DNA of 63,653 bases, the filler included, from Octopus bimaculoides (Eukaryota), in NCBI RefSeq assembly GCF_001194135.2. It is 5 parts of 5 records of this genome, joined end to end, with 100 filler letters (N's around TTAATTAATTAA, not from the genome) between each part and the next. Parts side by side here need not be neighbours in the genome. Positions count along the whole stretch, not along the records: positions 35,616 to 58,152 come from NC_068994.1; 4 more parts are not named here. One strand, 5' to 3'. Below, piece by piece: positions 40,430-53,470 of the stretch. Position 1 is the first letter of the stretch; every line of letters starts with the position of its first letter. The position numbers were made by a program, and so were the translations under genes. Under the pieces are notes generated by a model. The model made no database searches and was not told the DNA's origin. It was given only the letters and a program-made list of their open reading frames with translations.

Positions 40430-41372
40430 ATCATCATCATCATCGTTTAACATCCGCTTTCCATGCTAGCAAGGGTTGGACGGTTTGACTGAGGACTGGC
40501 AAACCAGGAGGCTGCACCGGGCTCCGATCTGATCTGGCAAGGTTTCTACAGTTGGATGCCCTTCCTAACACCAACCACTCTAAGAGTGTAGTGGGTGCTT
40601 TTTATGTGCCACCAGCACGGGGGCCAGTGAGGCAGTACTGGCATCAACCATGCTTGAATGGTGCTTTTTATGTGCCACAGGCACAAGTGTCACTCAGGCA
40701 GTACTGGCATCAACCACAACAATGATTTCACATGACTCAACAGGTCTTCTCATGCACAGTATATTGCCCAATGATTGAAGGGTACTCTTAAATGGGGCAG
40801 TTATGCAACACTGGCATAGGCCATGACTACGGTCTCACTTGGCTCGCTGGGTCTTCTCAAGCACAGCANNNNNNNNNNAGTTATGCAACACTGGCATAGG
40901 CCATGACTACGGTCTCACTTGGCTCGCTGGGTCTTCTCAAGCACAGCATATCTCCAAAGGTCTCAGTTGCTTGTCATTGCCTCCATGAGGCCCAATGTTC
41001 GAAGGTTGTGCTTCACCACCTCATTTCAGGTCTTCCTAGGTCTACCTCTTCCACAGGTTCCCTCCACTGTTAGGGTGTGACACTTTTTCACACAGCTGTC
41101 CTCACCTATATGCAACACATGACCATATCAGTGCAGTTGTCTCTCTTGCACACCACATCTGATGCTTCTTATGTCCAACTTTTTTCTCAGGGCACTTACA
41201 CTCTGTCGTGTATGTACACTGACATTACACATCCAGCAGAGCATACTAGCTTCATTTCTTTTAAGCCTACGCATGTCCTCAGTGGTCACAGCCCATGTTT
41301 CACTGCTATGTAGCATGGCTGTTTGCACATGTGTCATACCTTTCACTCTGAGTGAGAGGCCCTTTGTTACCA
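40430..41372 (-). mobile_element. RTE-clade LINE 3' fragment
   Basis: MLHSSETWAVTTEDMRRLKRNEASMLCWMCNV..; 3'UTR ends GTTAAACGATGATGATG. Related tails at 38300-38485(+), 42241-42393(+), 43270-43545(+), 43990-44360(-), 50755-50945(+). Confidence 0.9.
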
Positions 41373-41374
41373 GC

Positions 41375-41628
41375 AGAAGTGGGAGCTCTCTGAACTTTGT
41401 GAGTTTGAATCCCAGACCGGGCTGCGTGTTGTGTTCTTGAGCAAGACACTTTATTTCACATTGCTCCAGTTAACTCAGCTGTAGAAATGAGTTTCGACAT
41501 CACTGGTGCCAAGCTGTATCAGCCTTTGCCTTTCCCTTGGATTACACTGGTGGCATGGAGAGGGGAAGCTGGTATGCATGGTCGACTGCTGGTCTTCCAT
41601 AAACAACCTTGCCTGGGCTTGTGCCTGG
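41375..41628 (+). mobile_element. SINE family D copy abutting the RTE fragment
   Basis: Matches 53136-53470 (TTGAGCAAGACACTTTATTTCAC..). Confidence 0.8.
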
Positions 41629-42463
41629 GNNNNNNNNNNNNNNNNNNNNNNNNNNNNNNNNNNNNNNNNNNNNNNNNNNNNNNNNNNNNNNNNNNNNNNN
41701 NNNNNNNNNNNNNNNNNNNNNNNNNNNNNNNNNNNNNNNNNNNNNNNNNNNNNNNNNNNNNNNNNNNNNNNNNNNNNNNNNNNNNNNNNNNNNNNNNNNN
41801 NNNNNNNNNNNNNNNNNNNNNNNNNNNNNNNNNNNNNNNNNNNNNNNNNNNNNNNNNNNNNNNNNNNNNNNNNNNNNNNNNNNNNNNNNNNNNNNNNNNN
41901 NNNNNNNNNNNNNNNNNNNNNNNNNNNNNNNNNNNNNNNNNNNNNNNNNNNNNNNNNNNNNNNNNNNNNNNNNNNNNNNNNNNNNNNNNNNNNNNNNNNN
42001 NNNNNNNNNNNNNNNNNNNNNNNNNNNNNNNNNNNNNNNNNNNNNNNNNNNNNNNNNNNNNNNNNNNNNNNNNNNNNNNNNNNNNNNNNNNNNNNNNNNN
42101 NNNNNNNNNNNNNNNNNNNNNNNNNNNNNNNNNNNNNNNNNNNNNNNNNNNNNNNNNNNNNNNNNNNNNNNNNNNNNNNNNNNNNNNNNNNNNNNNNNNN
42201 NNNNNNNNNNNNNNNNNNNNNNNNNNNNNNNNNNNNNNNNGGCGTTAGGAAGGGCATCCAGCTGTAGAAACTCTGCCAAATTAGATTGGAGCCTGGTGTT
42301 GCCATCCGGTTTCACCAGTCCTCAGTCAAATCGTCCAACCCATGCTAGCATGGAAAGCGGACGTTAAACGATGATGATGATGATGATGATGATATATATA
42401 TATATATATATAAATATCTATGTATTGATTCTGTATGTATGTATTGTTTTTCTTGTTTTGTAG

Positions 42464-42556
42464 GGACCTATGATGTAATCACTATTTCTGGAGGGTTTGG
42501 TCCTGGTCATATCACCCTTGAAGCTATACCTGAGATGATTGACTTAGTCAAGCCAG
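42464..42556 (+). CDS. METTL27: Penultimate coding exon of a METTL27/WBSCR27-like class I SAM-dependent methyltransferase
   Basis: Acceptor ttcttgttttgtag|, donor ag|gtaatg, 93 nt, phase 1-1. Translates (G)TYDVITISGGFGPGHITLEAIPEMIDLVKP(G), resembling the TYD..SGG.G.GHI..E.IR.VKPGG segment of the METTL27 family (recognised from memory). Confidence 0.8.
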
Positions 42557-44942
42557 GTAATGTTAACAGCAATGATCATGACCTTGCTGTTGCTCTTGCT
42601 TTTACTTCTTATACCTTTTTATTGTATTAAACCTAGGGGTAAGTTTTTGTTGTTGTCGGTGGTGGTGGTGGTAATTTTTGTACTGATGGTGGCAGTGAAA
42701 ATGTTGGTGTTGATGTTACTATTGTTGTTGTTGTTTGACCCCAGGCAAGCCCTGAATGAGTAGACTTATCAAAAGTATTCCTGTCATGTCTATTCAGTCT
42801 TTATTTCAGAGAATATATCTAGGACTATAGTATCTGTGATCTCACATACATAAAATATGCAAAACAGTGAGGTTTGATTTAAGGGAAACTTGGCTGTTAT
42901 TTCTAATCATATAGAAGTCTCTTTATGATTTTATAGTTGGTGGTGGTGGTGGTGTTGTTGGTAATGGTGATAATTAGAGAGGGTAATTATGTTAGTGTTA
43001 CTGTGGCTGCTGGTCTTAACAATGACAGTGTGTTGTTGGTGTTGGTCATGTAATAGCAGTAGGAATTGTAATACCCATGATCTTTTATGGCTGATGTTCA
43101 GTGTGAACATCAACATGTCAGTATATGCCATATTTTCTGGCATACAAGTGGAATTTTTCAGATCAAAATTTACAGCCAAAAAAATGGTAGGTCAACTTAT
43201 ACACCAAGATGACTTTGGAGGACTAAAGATTCCATGTGAAATACAGCAGCATTTGGATAGATAGTGATAATGTTTGCATGTTTGAATGGCCGTTGCCAGT
43301 ACTGCCTGACTGGCCTTCGTGCTGGTGGAACGTAAAAGCCTCCACTACACTCTCAGAGTGGTTGGCGTTAGGAAGAGCATCCAGCTGTAGAAACTCTGCC
43401 AAATCAGATTGGAGCCTGGTGTTGCCATCCAGTTTCACCAGTCCTCAGTCAAATCGTCCAACCCATGNNNNNNNNNNAGTCAAATCGTCCAACCCATGCT
43501 AGCATGGAAAGTGGACGTTAAACGACAATGATGATGATGATGATGTTTACATTACATGTTTACACAATATACCATGTCAACTTACATGCTAGAAAATACA
43601 GTAAATCAAAAAAAAAAAAAAAAGAAGTAAGGGATGGAGATATGACTAGGGAACAAAGAGTGATGGAAGAGAAATTACATAAGTCTTTTAGAGAAGCAGA
43701 GATCGTTAGAAGTAAATAAGAAGCAACAGATCTTTGAGTGAGAGTGAGAGAGAGAGAGAGAGAGAGATTGTAGCATGTTCAGAAACAGTGTTCACTGTAA
43801 CTGTGCACTTATGCATATGCACACATTTAGCAATTATCATGTAAAGGGAAAATATGCATGCACACATGGTTTTTTCAAGATAAAACCAAATTCTTTAATT
43901 GAAGGAATATGAGCAATGCTTACTTGCATGGATGTACACACACTTTGCAAAGAAAGACAAAATTTGCCCACAAGCAAATTTCTACATACTCATCATCATC
44001 ATCATCACCACCACCACCACCATCATCATTTAACATCCATTTGCCATGCTGGGATGGGTTGGACCATTTGACTGATAACTGGTAAGCTGAGGAGCTTCAC
44101 TAAGTTCCAATCTGATTTGGCATGGTTCCTATGGCTGGATGCCCTTCCTAATGCCAACCACTCCAAGAGTGAAGTGGGTGCTTTTTATGTGCTAGTCACA
44201 TGACTCTGGCATCAGCCATGACTACGATCTCACCTTGGCTTGATAAGTCTTCTCAAGCATGGTATATCGTCAAAGGTCTTGGTCACCTGTCACTATCTCT
44301 GTGAGGCCCAGCATTTGAATGGTGCTTTTTATGTGCCACTGGCATGGGTGCCAGTCAGATGGCGTCTGCTAGATTCAAAGGAGCCAGTTGGATGTGATAG
44401 CATCGAAATCAAACATTTATTTACAGAGACAGCGATTATATATCACCTGAGGAGATACAACTAGGTCCTATTATACAGGTAAATCTATGTTGTATCGAAA
44501 CATGTGTAGTGGTCATTAAACAGCTGTTGAATCGTACTCCCTCTTCCTTTTGACTCTGTTTATTGTTTCTTTTTTATTTTCACACACGAGGAATGCCTAA
44601 GCCTAGAATTGGTAGTATACCATAATACTGCCGGCTATCTGGTGATTCTAAGGGTGAGCGAGCTCTATTTTGTATTTTAAAACATTCTTAATGGAATACA
44701 CCTCAACTCTGTGTGTGTGTGCTGCGTGTGTGTTCAAAACCAAAAAAGAGAAAAAGATGAAAGAAAAAAAAGAGGAGAATGTTAGGGAAATTTAACTTAG
44801 AAACAGCTAATTAGGGAAACATACAGAAAACGTGTGTGTGTGATTTTCTCTTTTAAAATGATAGGGCGAGACTTGAGGGACATATGATTGCTGTTTGTAG
44901 CAAGTAAAGTTAGTTATTATTTTTCATTTGTTTTCTATACAG

Positions 44943-45127
44943 GTGGTTTCATATTCAACATAACCAGGAAAAACCATCTGGATACCTTTGAAGAATACAA
45001 AGACAAATGGGAACCATACATTAAGAGTTTAGAAGATGCTGGCAAATGGTGTGAAATAAGTAGAACCATCTTCCGGAATTATTATTTTGAAAAAGATGGC
45101 ATCATGTTCATACATGAAGTATTATGA
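44943..45127 (+). CDS. METTL27: Terminal coding exon of the METTL27-like gene
   Basis: Acceptor ttttctatacag|, phase 1 matches the previous exon and gives VKPG|GFIFNITRKNHLDTFEEYKDKWEPYIKSLEDAGKWCEISRTIFRNYYFEKDGIMFIHEVL*. Stop TGA at 45125-45127. Confidence 0.8.
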
Positions 45128-45265
45128 ATGTCTGTTGAATTGGAAAGTAAAAATGAAAAGAAAATTGTTACATGAACCACCATTTAACTGTTTATGATCA
45201 CCATTTTATTTTTGTTTTTTGTATATTACTACTATTATTATTGATATTGTTATTATTATCATCAT

Positions 45266-45318
<53 letters not shown>

Positions 45319-45322
45319 TCAT

Positions 45323-45469
45323 TAATGTGACAAGCTGGCAGAACCGTCAACTTTGCTTTTCATCCTTTTTGGGGTAGATAAATTAAGTACCAGTGAAATA
45401 TTGGGGGGTTGATGTAATCAACTTACCCCTTCCCCCCAAATTTCAGGCCTTGTGCCTTTAGTAGAAAAG

Positions 45470-45506
<37 letters not shown>

Positions 45507-45915
45507 GATAAGGCAGTGAGCTGGCAGAATCATTAACATGCCTGGTAAAAATGCTTTGCGGCTCTTTGTCTTTATGTTCTGAGTTCAAATTCCGCCACGA
45601 TTGACTTTGTGTTTCATCCTTTGCATCCTGGGGTCAATGTAAATGACTAGTCCACTGCCCCAAAATTTCAGGCCTTGTGCCATTAGTAGAAAGGATTATT
45701 ATTTTTATTAGAGTGGTGGCTTGGCAGAATCATTGGAGTGTTGATATTCCTTCCTGCTCTCTATATTCTGAGTTCAAATCCTGCTGTGGTCAACTTTGCA
45801 TTTCATCCTTTTGGGGTCAATAAAATAAGTACCAGTTGAGCATTGGGGGTCGATGTAATCGACTTAGCCCCTCCACCGAACTTGCTGGCCTTGTGATAAA
45901 ATTTGAAATCATAAT
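45323..45915 (+). mobile_element. Three head-to-tail SINE family A copies separated by (ATT)n
   Basis: Copies at about 45323-45470 (internally deleted), 45509-45695 and 45710-45910. Confidence 0.85.
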
Positions 45916-46500
45916 GATTATTATATGTTGGACGTTTGCTTTGTATTTGTACAAGTTGGTTCCAAGTCTCACCCAGAGACCTCAAGAGACAACAGGTTTG
46001 AAGTTCAAGTTAGTGTTATGCCTAAGGTGTCATATATTTGGTTTTGCACATAGTATTATTCTAGAGAATGTTTAAGAAAACATAAGAGAATTACAAGTTT
46101 GTTTTAAAATTTGAGATAACATAGACAGTATTTTACCTAAGATATGGGCAGTTTCCATGAGCACTTTCTTTTGAATTTCTGTCATTTTGGGGTTTCCTGG
46201 TATCTGAATTAGGTTCCACATTTTGCCAATTCCTATTTCAAGATCTTTATACTTGCTCAGTTTTTGGTTGGTCTTGACAAATACATTTATGTCGATTGGG
46301 ACAGTCATATCAATGAGGAGGCTTGATTTTTGTCTGAAGTCTTTCAGTATAATGTCTGGCCTATTTGCATCTATCTTTCAATCAGTTTGAACTGTGAAGT
46401 TCCAGAGGTGTGAGATGTGATCATTTTCAAGCACTGGAGGTAGTTGGTGTTCCCACCAGATTTTTTCATGGGACAGGTCCAGGTTTACTGCAAATTATCC
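45915..46500 (-). mobile_element. 5'-truncated Dong/R4-type RLE LINE
   Basis: NRPDIILKDF..LIDMTVP..KLSKYKDLEIGIGKMW..QKKVLMETAHILGKILS plus 3'UTR; (TAA)n flanks. Confidence 0.85.
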
Positions 46501-46508
46501 AGTGAATA

Positions 46509-46559
<51 letters not shown>

Positions 46560-46562
<3 letters not shown>

Positions 46563-46955
46563 GATGACGAACTGGCAGAATCGTTAGCATTGGATGAAAT
46601 GCTTAGTGGTATTTCACCCGTTGGTATGTTCTGAGTTCAAATTCCGCCGAGGTTGACTTTACCTTTCATCCTTTCGGGTCGATAAAATAAGTACCAGTTA
46701 AACACTGGGGTCGATGTAATCAACTCATCCCCACCCCCAAAATTGCTGCCCTTGTGGCAAAATTTGAAGCCATTATTATTATTATTATTATTATCATTAT
46801 TACTATTATTATTATTATTAAATCTGTGAGCTGGCAGAATTGTTAGCATGCCAGACAAAATGCTTAGTGGCATTTTGTCCAGTTGAACACTAGGGTCAAT
46901 ATAATCAACTCATCTCCACCTCCCCTAGCTGCCCTTGTTGCAAAAATTTGAAATA
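46560..46955 (+). mobile_element. Two more SINE family A copies in (ATT)n
   Basis: 46560-46772 near complete; about 46820-46955 internally deleted. Confidence 0.85.
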
Positions 46956-49589
46956 ATAATGATTATTATTATTATTCAGCAGTCTCATTTTTATCACGTG
47001 CTTTCACTGTACTACTGAGCACAACTGTATGTGCCTTGGGTATATGCTGTGGTTTGTTGTGATGCTTTTGTTGTTACTGTATTGAAAGGATTTTACATAG
47101 GAATGTGTGGTGCCTAGTAGCATTATTTTCTATTATTATTGTTATTATAACTTTCATTATTTTAAAGAAAATTTTTAAATAAAAATATTTTTGCATTATA
47201 AAAATTAAAAACTTATTTTGAACTCTTTTACATTTATGTTTAATCTAGAGATGTATTTTCTTCAATTGATTTTTTTTAAAAGAATTTCTTAACCTGTAAA
47301 TGGCAGGAAAGGTTTGTATGAATATGTGTGGTGGATAGGCAAAAAGCAAAGAATATCTTTTCCTGAAGAGTAATTTTTATACAAATTTTCACTTTAAAGT
47401 ACAAAAACTATAAAAATTTACAATCTCATTATCGAAAAGTGTGATAAGATATTCATTTTCCTTTGTATAACTCCATCAGGAATACCCCAGAAAGACACTG
47501 TAATTGTAGATCTCTGAACTGTTTTCCTCTAAATAATAGCTGTTTGGAAAAAGAACTTGTGTACAAGGCCAAAATCATGGACTCATGAACTTGTTTTTTG
47601 CGGCTAATTTGGCGGGAGTTTTGCAGTCAGCAAGAGTTGGTTTGTGTTTTATCTCTCGATCAATGGCCGGACATGTGAAAATATTTTTTTAATTTTTGTT
47701 TTTGGGAAAGGGGATCTTTTGAAGTTGGTGTCAAATGAAGAGAGACATGGACAGTTTTATAACTGAACTTCTTTTGAAGTTGGCGTGAGACGGAAGAATT
47801 GATGTGCGTGNNNNNNNNNNNNNNNNNNNNNNNNNNNNNNNNNNNNNNNNNNNNNNNNNNNNNNNNNNNNNNNNNNNNNNNNNNNNNNNNNNNNNNNNNN
47901 NNNNNNNNNNNNNNNNNNNNNNNNNNNNNNNNNNNNNNNNNNNNNNNNNNNNNNNNNNNNNNNNNNNNNNNNNNNNNNNNNNNNNNNNNNNNNNNNNNNN
48001 NNNNNNNNNNNNNNNNNNNNNNNNNNNNNNNNNNNNNNNNNNNNNNNNNNNNNNNNNNNNNNNNNNNNNNNNNNNNNNNNNNNNNNNNNNNNNNNNNNNN
48101 NNNNNNNNNNNNNNNNNNNNNNNNNNNNNNNNNNNNNNNNNNNNNNNNNNNNNNNNNNNNNNNNNNNNNNNNNNNNNNNNNNNNNNNNNNNNNNNNNNNN
48201 NNNNNNNNNNNNNNNNNNNNNNNNNNNNNNNNNNNNNNNNNNNNNNNNNNNNNNNNNNNNNNNNNNNNNNNNNNNNNNNNNNNNNNNNNNNNNNNNNNNN
48301 NNNNNNNNNNNNNNNNNNNNNNNNNNNNNNNNNNNNNNNNNNNNNNNNNNNNNNNNNNNNNNNNNNNNNNNNNNNNNNNNNNNNNNNNNNNNNNNNNNNN
48401 NNNNNNNNNNNNNNNNNNNNNNNNNNNNNNNNNNNNNNNNNNNNNNNNNNNNNNNNNNNNNNNNNNNNNNNNNNNNNNNNNNNNNNNNNNNNNNNNNNNN
48501 NNNNNNNNNNNNNNNNNNNNNNNNNNNNNNNNNNNNNNNNNNNNNNTTATATGTTGGTGATTACGAATATGCAACCCCCCCACCTAACATTTTGAACTTT
48601 TTCGAAACTTTTTTCTCTATGTTTTTAATGACGAAGATTCCGAACATGTAAGAAACTACGTTTTCAAAATTTTAAATTCAATAAGCATATAGATATGTGT
48701 ATAAAGAGATAGATAGATATGTCTTCCTGGGGCTAAAAACAACAGTAACACCATCTTCTATTGGACCGCCACATTTAGTTGACAAATATATTTTATGAAT
48801 AAACGGGATAAATAGACAGACAAATAAATAAATGGATGAAAAAGTTCAAAATTTAAAATTGGGCGAGGAGGTGAAATTTGAGCCCCTTATTAAACATTAA
48901 TGTTTGTTTCTCATAAAATGGTGTATATTTAATTTACATTTAATTACTATTTACAATTATTTAAGGCAAACACTAAAAAGCAAATTCTTTTCACTTTAAT
49001 GTTTTTGTCTGTATTCAATTTCGATTTGCATATGTTCGTCAATTCGCTATAATTTCTTTAAACTAAACAAAATCAAAAATTTAAATTGGGGTGAAATGAT
49101 TTTTTTTTTTTTTTTTTGCATATTCGTAATCTCTAATATCTAAAACGTAGGAATCCCAAACATTTTTTTCCAGAAAATGTCATTTTTCAAGGAGAGGTGC
49201 GAAACTACACTAGCCCCAGTAAAAGATAAAAGAAACACATACACGCAAACTCACGTACATATGCACGCGCACATATTACGTGTACTTGTACTTTCGTTGT
49301 TGATTAGTTATTCCTTGTCATGGGAGCTAACTGTATTAACTATATTAGAAAACTACGCAGCAAAAACAGAAGAAAAGAAAAAAAGCAAAGCTTCTCAAGG
49401 GAGAGAACTCTAGGGGAATTTAAATTCTGTTTACTTTCGTCTGATTATCTATTAACATTTTTCAAGCTGAAAAAAACTTGCTTATGGATAATTTTTTGCT
49501 TTAACCCTTTAGTATTCAGATTACTCTGTTAAATTTGATACTTGTTTATTCACATTGTTTTGAATTTATCATGTATTAAACGTATCATC

Positions 49590-50505
49590 AAAAGAGTATG
49601 ATCTTAATGCCACTATGAGACAAAACCTCAGAACAAATATAGATACCTCACTGCTGAGCAGAAGCAACAAAAGGTAGATGGGTTGAAGAGGAATCTCACA
49701 CTACAACAGACTTTTTTTTTAGCCGAAGCAAAATCACTAAGTGAAGCTGCCGTTAAAGAAAGTTTTATTGTGGCAGAGGAGATCGCAAAATCAGCCCGGC
49801 CATTCAATGAGGGAGAGTTTGTGAAGAGCTGCATGATGAAAATGTGTGACGTTTTGTGTCCAGACAAGAAGTAACTGTTTGCTGATATGAGTATTAGCAG
49901 AAATATGGTCGCTGATTGGGTGTGGGAGATGGCTATTGATTTGAAAACACAGTTGATTGAAAAAGGAAAAGATTTTGTAGCATACTCTCTTGCTGTGGAT
50001 GAGACTATTGACATGACTGATACAGCACAGCTGGTTATCTTTGTCCATAGAGTGGACTCCAATTTGTTCGTCAAGGAGGAAATTTTGGACATTAAATCGC
50101 CTCATGGGACAACAAGAGGAAAGGACCTTTTTGAAAAACTATGTCAGCGTGTAACCGACATGAAACTGCCTTGGGACAAACTAGTTGGACTTACAACAGA
50201 TGGAGCACCAGTGATGTGCAGGGATAAAAGTGGACTAGTGGGTAGGATACATTTAAAGATGCAAGAAGTGAACTGTGCTGGTGAGTTGATAGCATATCAC
50301 TGCATCATACACCAGGAAACACTGTGCTAAAGCCTTAAAAATGGAACACGTAATAAGCACTGCAATGCAAACGGTAAACTTTATCCGAGCCAAAGGGTTA
50401 TATCACAGCCAATTTCGGTCTTTCCTGAGGGAAATACATTCAAAGTCCAGTGACGTGCCTTATCATATAGAGGTGTGGTGGCTCAGTCTGGGAAAGGTCC
50501 TCTAT
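49590..50505 (+). mobile_element. hAT (SPIN/Charlie/GTF2IRD2-like) transposase pseudogene fragment
   Basis: RPFNEGEFVKSCM; YSLAVDETIDMTDTAQL; GLTTDGAPVM; [11 protein letters not shown]; WWLSLGKVL. Broken by stops and frameshifts and cut by a SINE at about 50506. Possible TIR remnant AAAGGCTGAGAACCAATG at about 51140-51157. Confidence 0.92.
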
Positions 50506-51393
50506 ATAGTCACTGAACTGTGGCCATGCTGGGGCACCATCTCAAGAATATTTGTCGAATGAATTGACCCAGTACTTATATTTTTGCTAAGTCTGGTACT
50601 TATTTAATTGGTCACTTATGCTGAACCGCAAAGTATAGGGACATAAACACACCAACACTGGATGTCAAGCAGTGGTGGGGGACAACACAGACACAGATAC
50701 AGCGTTTTCCTTTTTCCCTATTCTTTTTCTGTCTTACAAGTCATACAGAAACCTCACTAGTGCCTGTGGCACAGAAAAAGTACCCAGTACATTCTGTAAA
50801 GTGGTTGGCATTAAGAAGGGCAACCAGATGTGGAAACCATGCCAAAGCTGACACTGGGGATTGAAATGTCCTTACAGCTTGCTGGATTTTATCAATCTGT
50901 CTAACCTATGCCAGCATGAAAAATGGACGTTAAATGATGATGGTGATGATGATAATCATGATGGTGAAACCTTATGAGAAAAATTTGAACATCTGTTTAA
51001 AATAATCTGCTTTTCTCTCTCCCCCCCTCTCTCTCTCTCTCCCTCCCTTTCTCTATTTCTCTCTCACTTTCTTTTCATCAAAAAATGGGGAGGAAGCATT
51101 TGTAAAATGCCATTCTGTGAAAGTGGTTGCTAAGCTACAAAAGGCTGAGAACCAATGAGGCAGACGATCCCATTGATGGCTCTTACATTGGTATTGCTTC
51201 GTATGAGAATGTGTAATCAGCACTGCATGGCACCTTGGGCAAGTGTCTTCTACTATAACCCCAGGTCGACCAAAGCCTTGTGAATGGATTTGGTAGATAG
51301 AAACACCAGACTATACAAAAAGGTTATTTGCCCAACAACAAGATCAAATTCACAGCCTCATTGATATGAACCAAACTTCTTAATCCTTCAGTT

Positions 51394-51493
<100 letters not shown>

Positions 51494-51744
51494 TGGAACT
51501 GCCTTCCATTGCTACTAGTTTTTTTATTGCATTCTCCATTACATTATTAATACACTGTTAATATAAAATAACAATTTCAAATTCTCTAATATGTATTACT
51601 CCATAACTTCTATTGTTAGAAATGGGAAATTTTGGCCAATTTTTTTTATCCAACTTACAAAGGTCAAATATATCTTAAGGATTTTCCATATTGTTGAACC
51701 CAAATATACTCAGGTACTTCATTGTAGTTTTCTATATTTGTTAC

Positions 51745-52110
51745 CTTTTACTTTTCATTTGTTTCAGTTTTGGGCTGTGGTCATGCTGGGGTACTTCCTT
51801 GAATTAAGTCTGGAACTTGTTCTATCAGTCTCCTTTGCTGAACCACTAAGTTACAGTGACGTAAACAAATCAAACACATCCATCCATCCATCCATCCATC
51901 CATCCATCCATCCATCCATCCATCCATCCATCCATCCATACATACATACATACATACATATATGATGGGCTTCCATAGTTCCATCTACCAGATCTGCTCA
52001 TAAAGCATTCATTGACCTGAAGCCATAATAGGAAACACATCCCCAAGGGGCTGTATAATGAGACTGAAACCAAAACCACATGGTTGCAAAGCAAGCATCT
52101 TAACCAGTCA
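51745..52110 (-). mobile_element. SINE family B, diverged full-length copy with internal (CATC)n(CATA)n
   Basis: Tail and head both alignable to 38570-39090. Confidence 0.75.
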
Positions 52111-52425
52111 GCTGTGCTTGTGTTAGAAGATATATAGTTTTGAAATTGTGTAAAGAGAAAAATTCACAATTTCCATGAATCCTATGCTTGTTAGAAATTT
52201 AGTATTTTGCCCAACTTTTTTAAAACTGAAGCAGAAATTTCTCCTGAATTATCCTCTCAGTTGCTCAATGACATGTAGAAATATTTTTAAGCAAGAGAAT
52301 CTATACTATTTAGTGCAAAACTATTTCAACTTTTTCAATGTGTAAAATTCCATGCCTTCCACTATCTGATATGTGTAGTCTAAGCCATTTTCATCAAAAT
52401 TTGAACAAATGAAATTGCCCCTCAC

Positions 52426-52465
52426 CTCTGCCACACTCAATCATATACAAATATATTTCATCATT
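52426..52465 (-). CDS. Possible 40-nt coding exon of an unidentified minus-strand gene
   Basis: taatttcag|AAT..AGAG|gtgagg, encoding NDEIYLYMIECGR. Confidence 0.3.
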
Positions 52466-53135
52466 CTGAAATTATTACAGTAAATAAATCTCAACATTAT
52501 ATTTTTTTTTAAATGAGAATATTTTTAATTTACATTAATTCCATGCCTGTTGAAAATTTGGCATTTTCCCCAGCCTTGAAATGTATTTTCAATATTTTAT
52601 TTTTAATAATTAACCACTCGGTTGCACCCAAACTTGCTGTAATTTTTAACCTAAGTGCTTCTGTACCTGTTTGAATATAAATGAAATTAAAATTCTTCAA
52701 GATGTAAAATGCAATATTTTCACTGCACAAGTCATTAACATTCAACTTAAATTTCTAATTTCTTGAGTATTATTCACTTTATTGCACTCAAACATGTTCA
52801 GATATTTTACTTAAATATTAATGCTACAGTGAAATTTTGTAACATTCCAGAGATTGTCCATTTGAGGTTCCTAGAGTAAGTACATGCACACAGTTACATG
52901 TGCATGTGATATACATAGACATGTACACACTCAAATAGTAACAAGATACTTTTGTACTGAAGAGACATGATCACATACAACAAGAGTGGAAGTTTAATGA
53001 CACACACACACACACCGTTACATATATACATATGCTAATTCACATATCCACAAACTCCAAGAGCTGTCTTGATTCAAACAAAAGACTAGTTTGAATTCTG
53101 AAAGCAAAAGAAAAGAAACTTAAGTGAATCTCAGA

Positions 53136-53470
53136 GGAATGCATGGCTCAGTGGTTAGAGCATCAGGCTCACAATCATGAGGTAGTGAGTTCGATTCCTG
53201 GACTGGGCTGTGTGTTGTGTTCTTGAGCAAGGCACTTTATTTCATGTTGCTCTAGTTCACTCAGCTGTAGAAATGAGTTGCAGCGTCACTGGTGCCAAGC
53301 TGTATCAACTTTTGCTTTTCACTTGGATAACATCAGTGGTGTGAGGAGAGGAGGCTGGTATGCATGGGTGACTGCTGGTCTTCCATACAAGCATCCTTGC
53401 CTGGACTTGTACCTCAGAGGATAGCTTTCTAGGTGCAATCCCATGGTCATTCATGAACCAATGGGTGACA
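53136..53470 (+). mobile_element. tRNA-derived SINE family D, near full length
   Basis: A box TGGCTCAGTGGTTAGAG, B box GAGTTCGATTCC (53187-53198), CORE-like TTGAGCAAGGCACTT. Confidence 0.85.

Noticed and set aside
40799-40948. 70-bp perfect direct repeat around a 10-N gap (also 43457-43498)
   Set aside because: Identical sequence on both sides of a minimal gap is an unmerged contig overlap, not biology.
48559-49131. 16-bp perfect inverted repeat GATTACGAATATGCAA
   Set aside because: Probably subterminal repeats of an old DNA transposon; left end lost in a gap, no TSD, cannot classify.
53136-53210. tRNA-like A and B boxes (also the family A and B heads)
   Set aside because: They continue into SINE core and tail and are multicopy; no complete cloverleaf.
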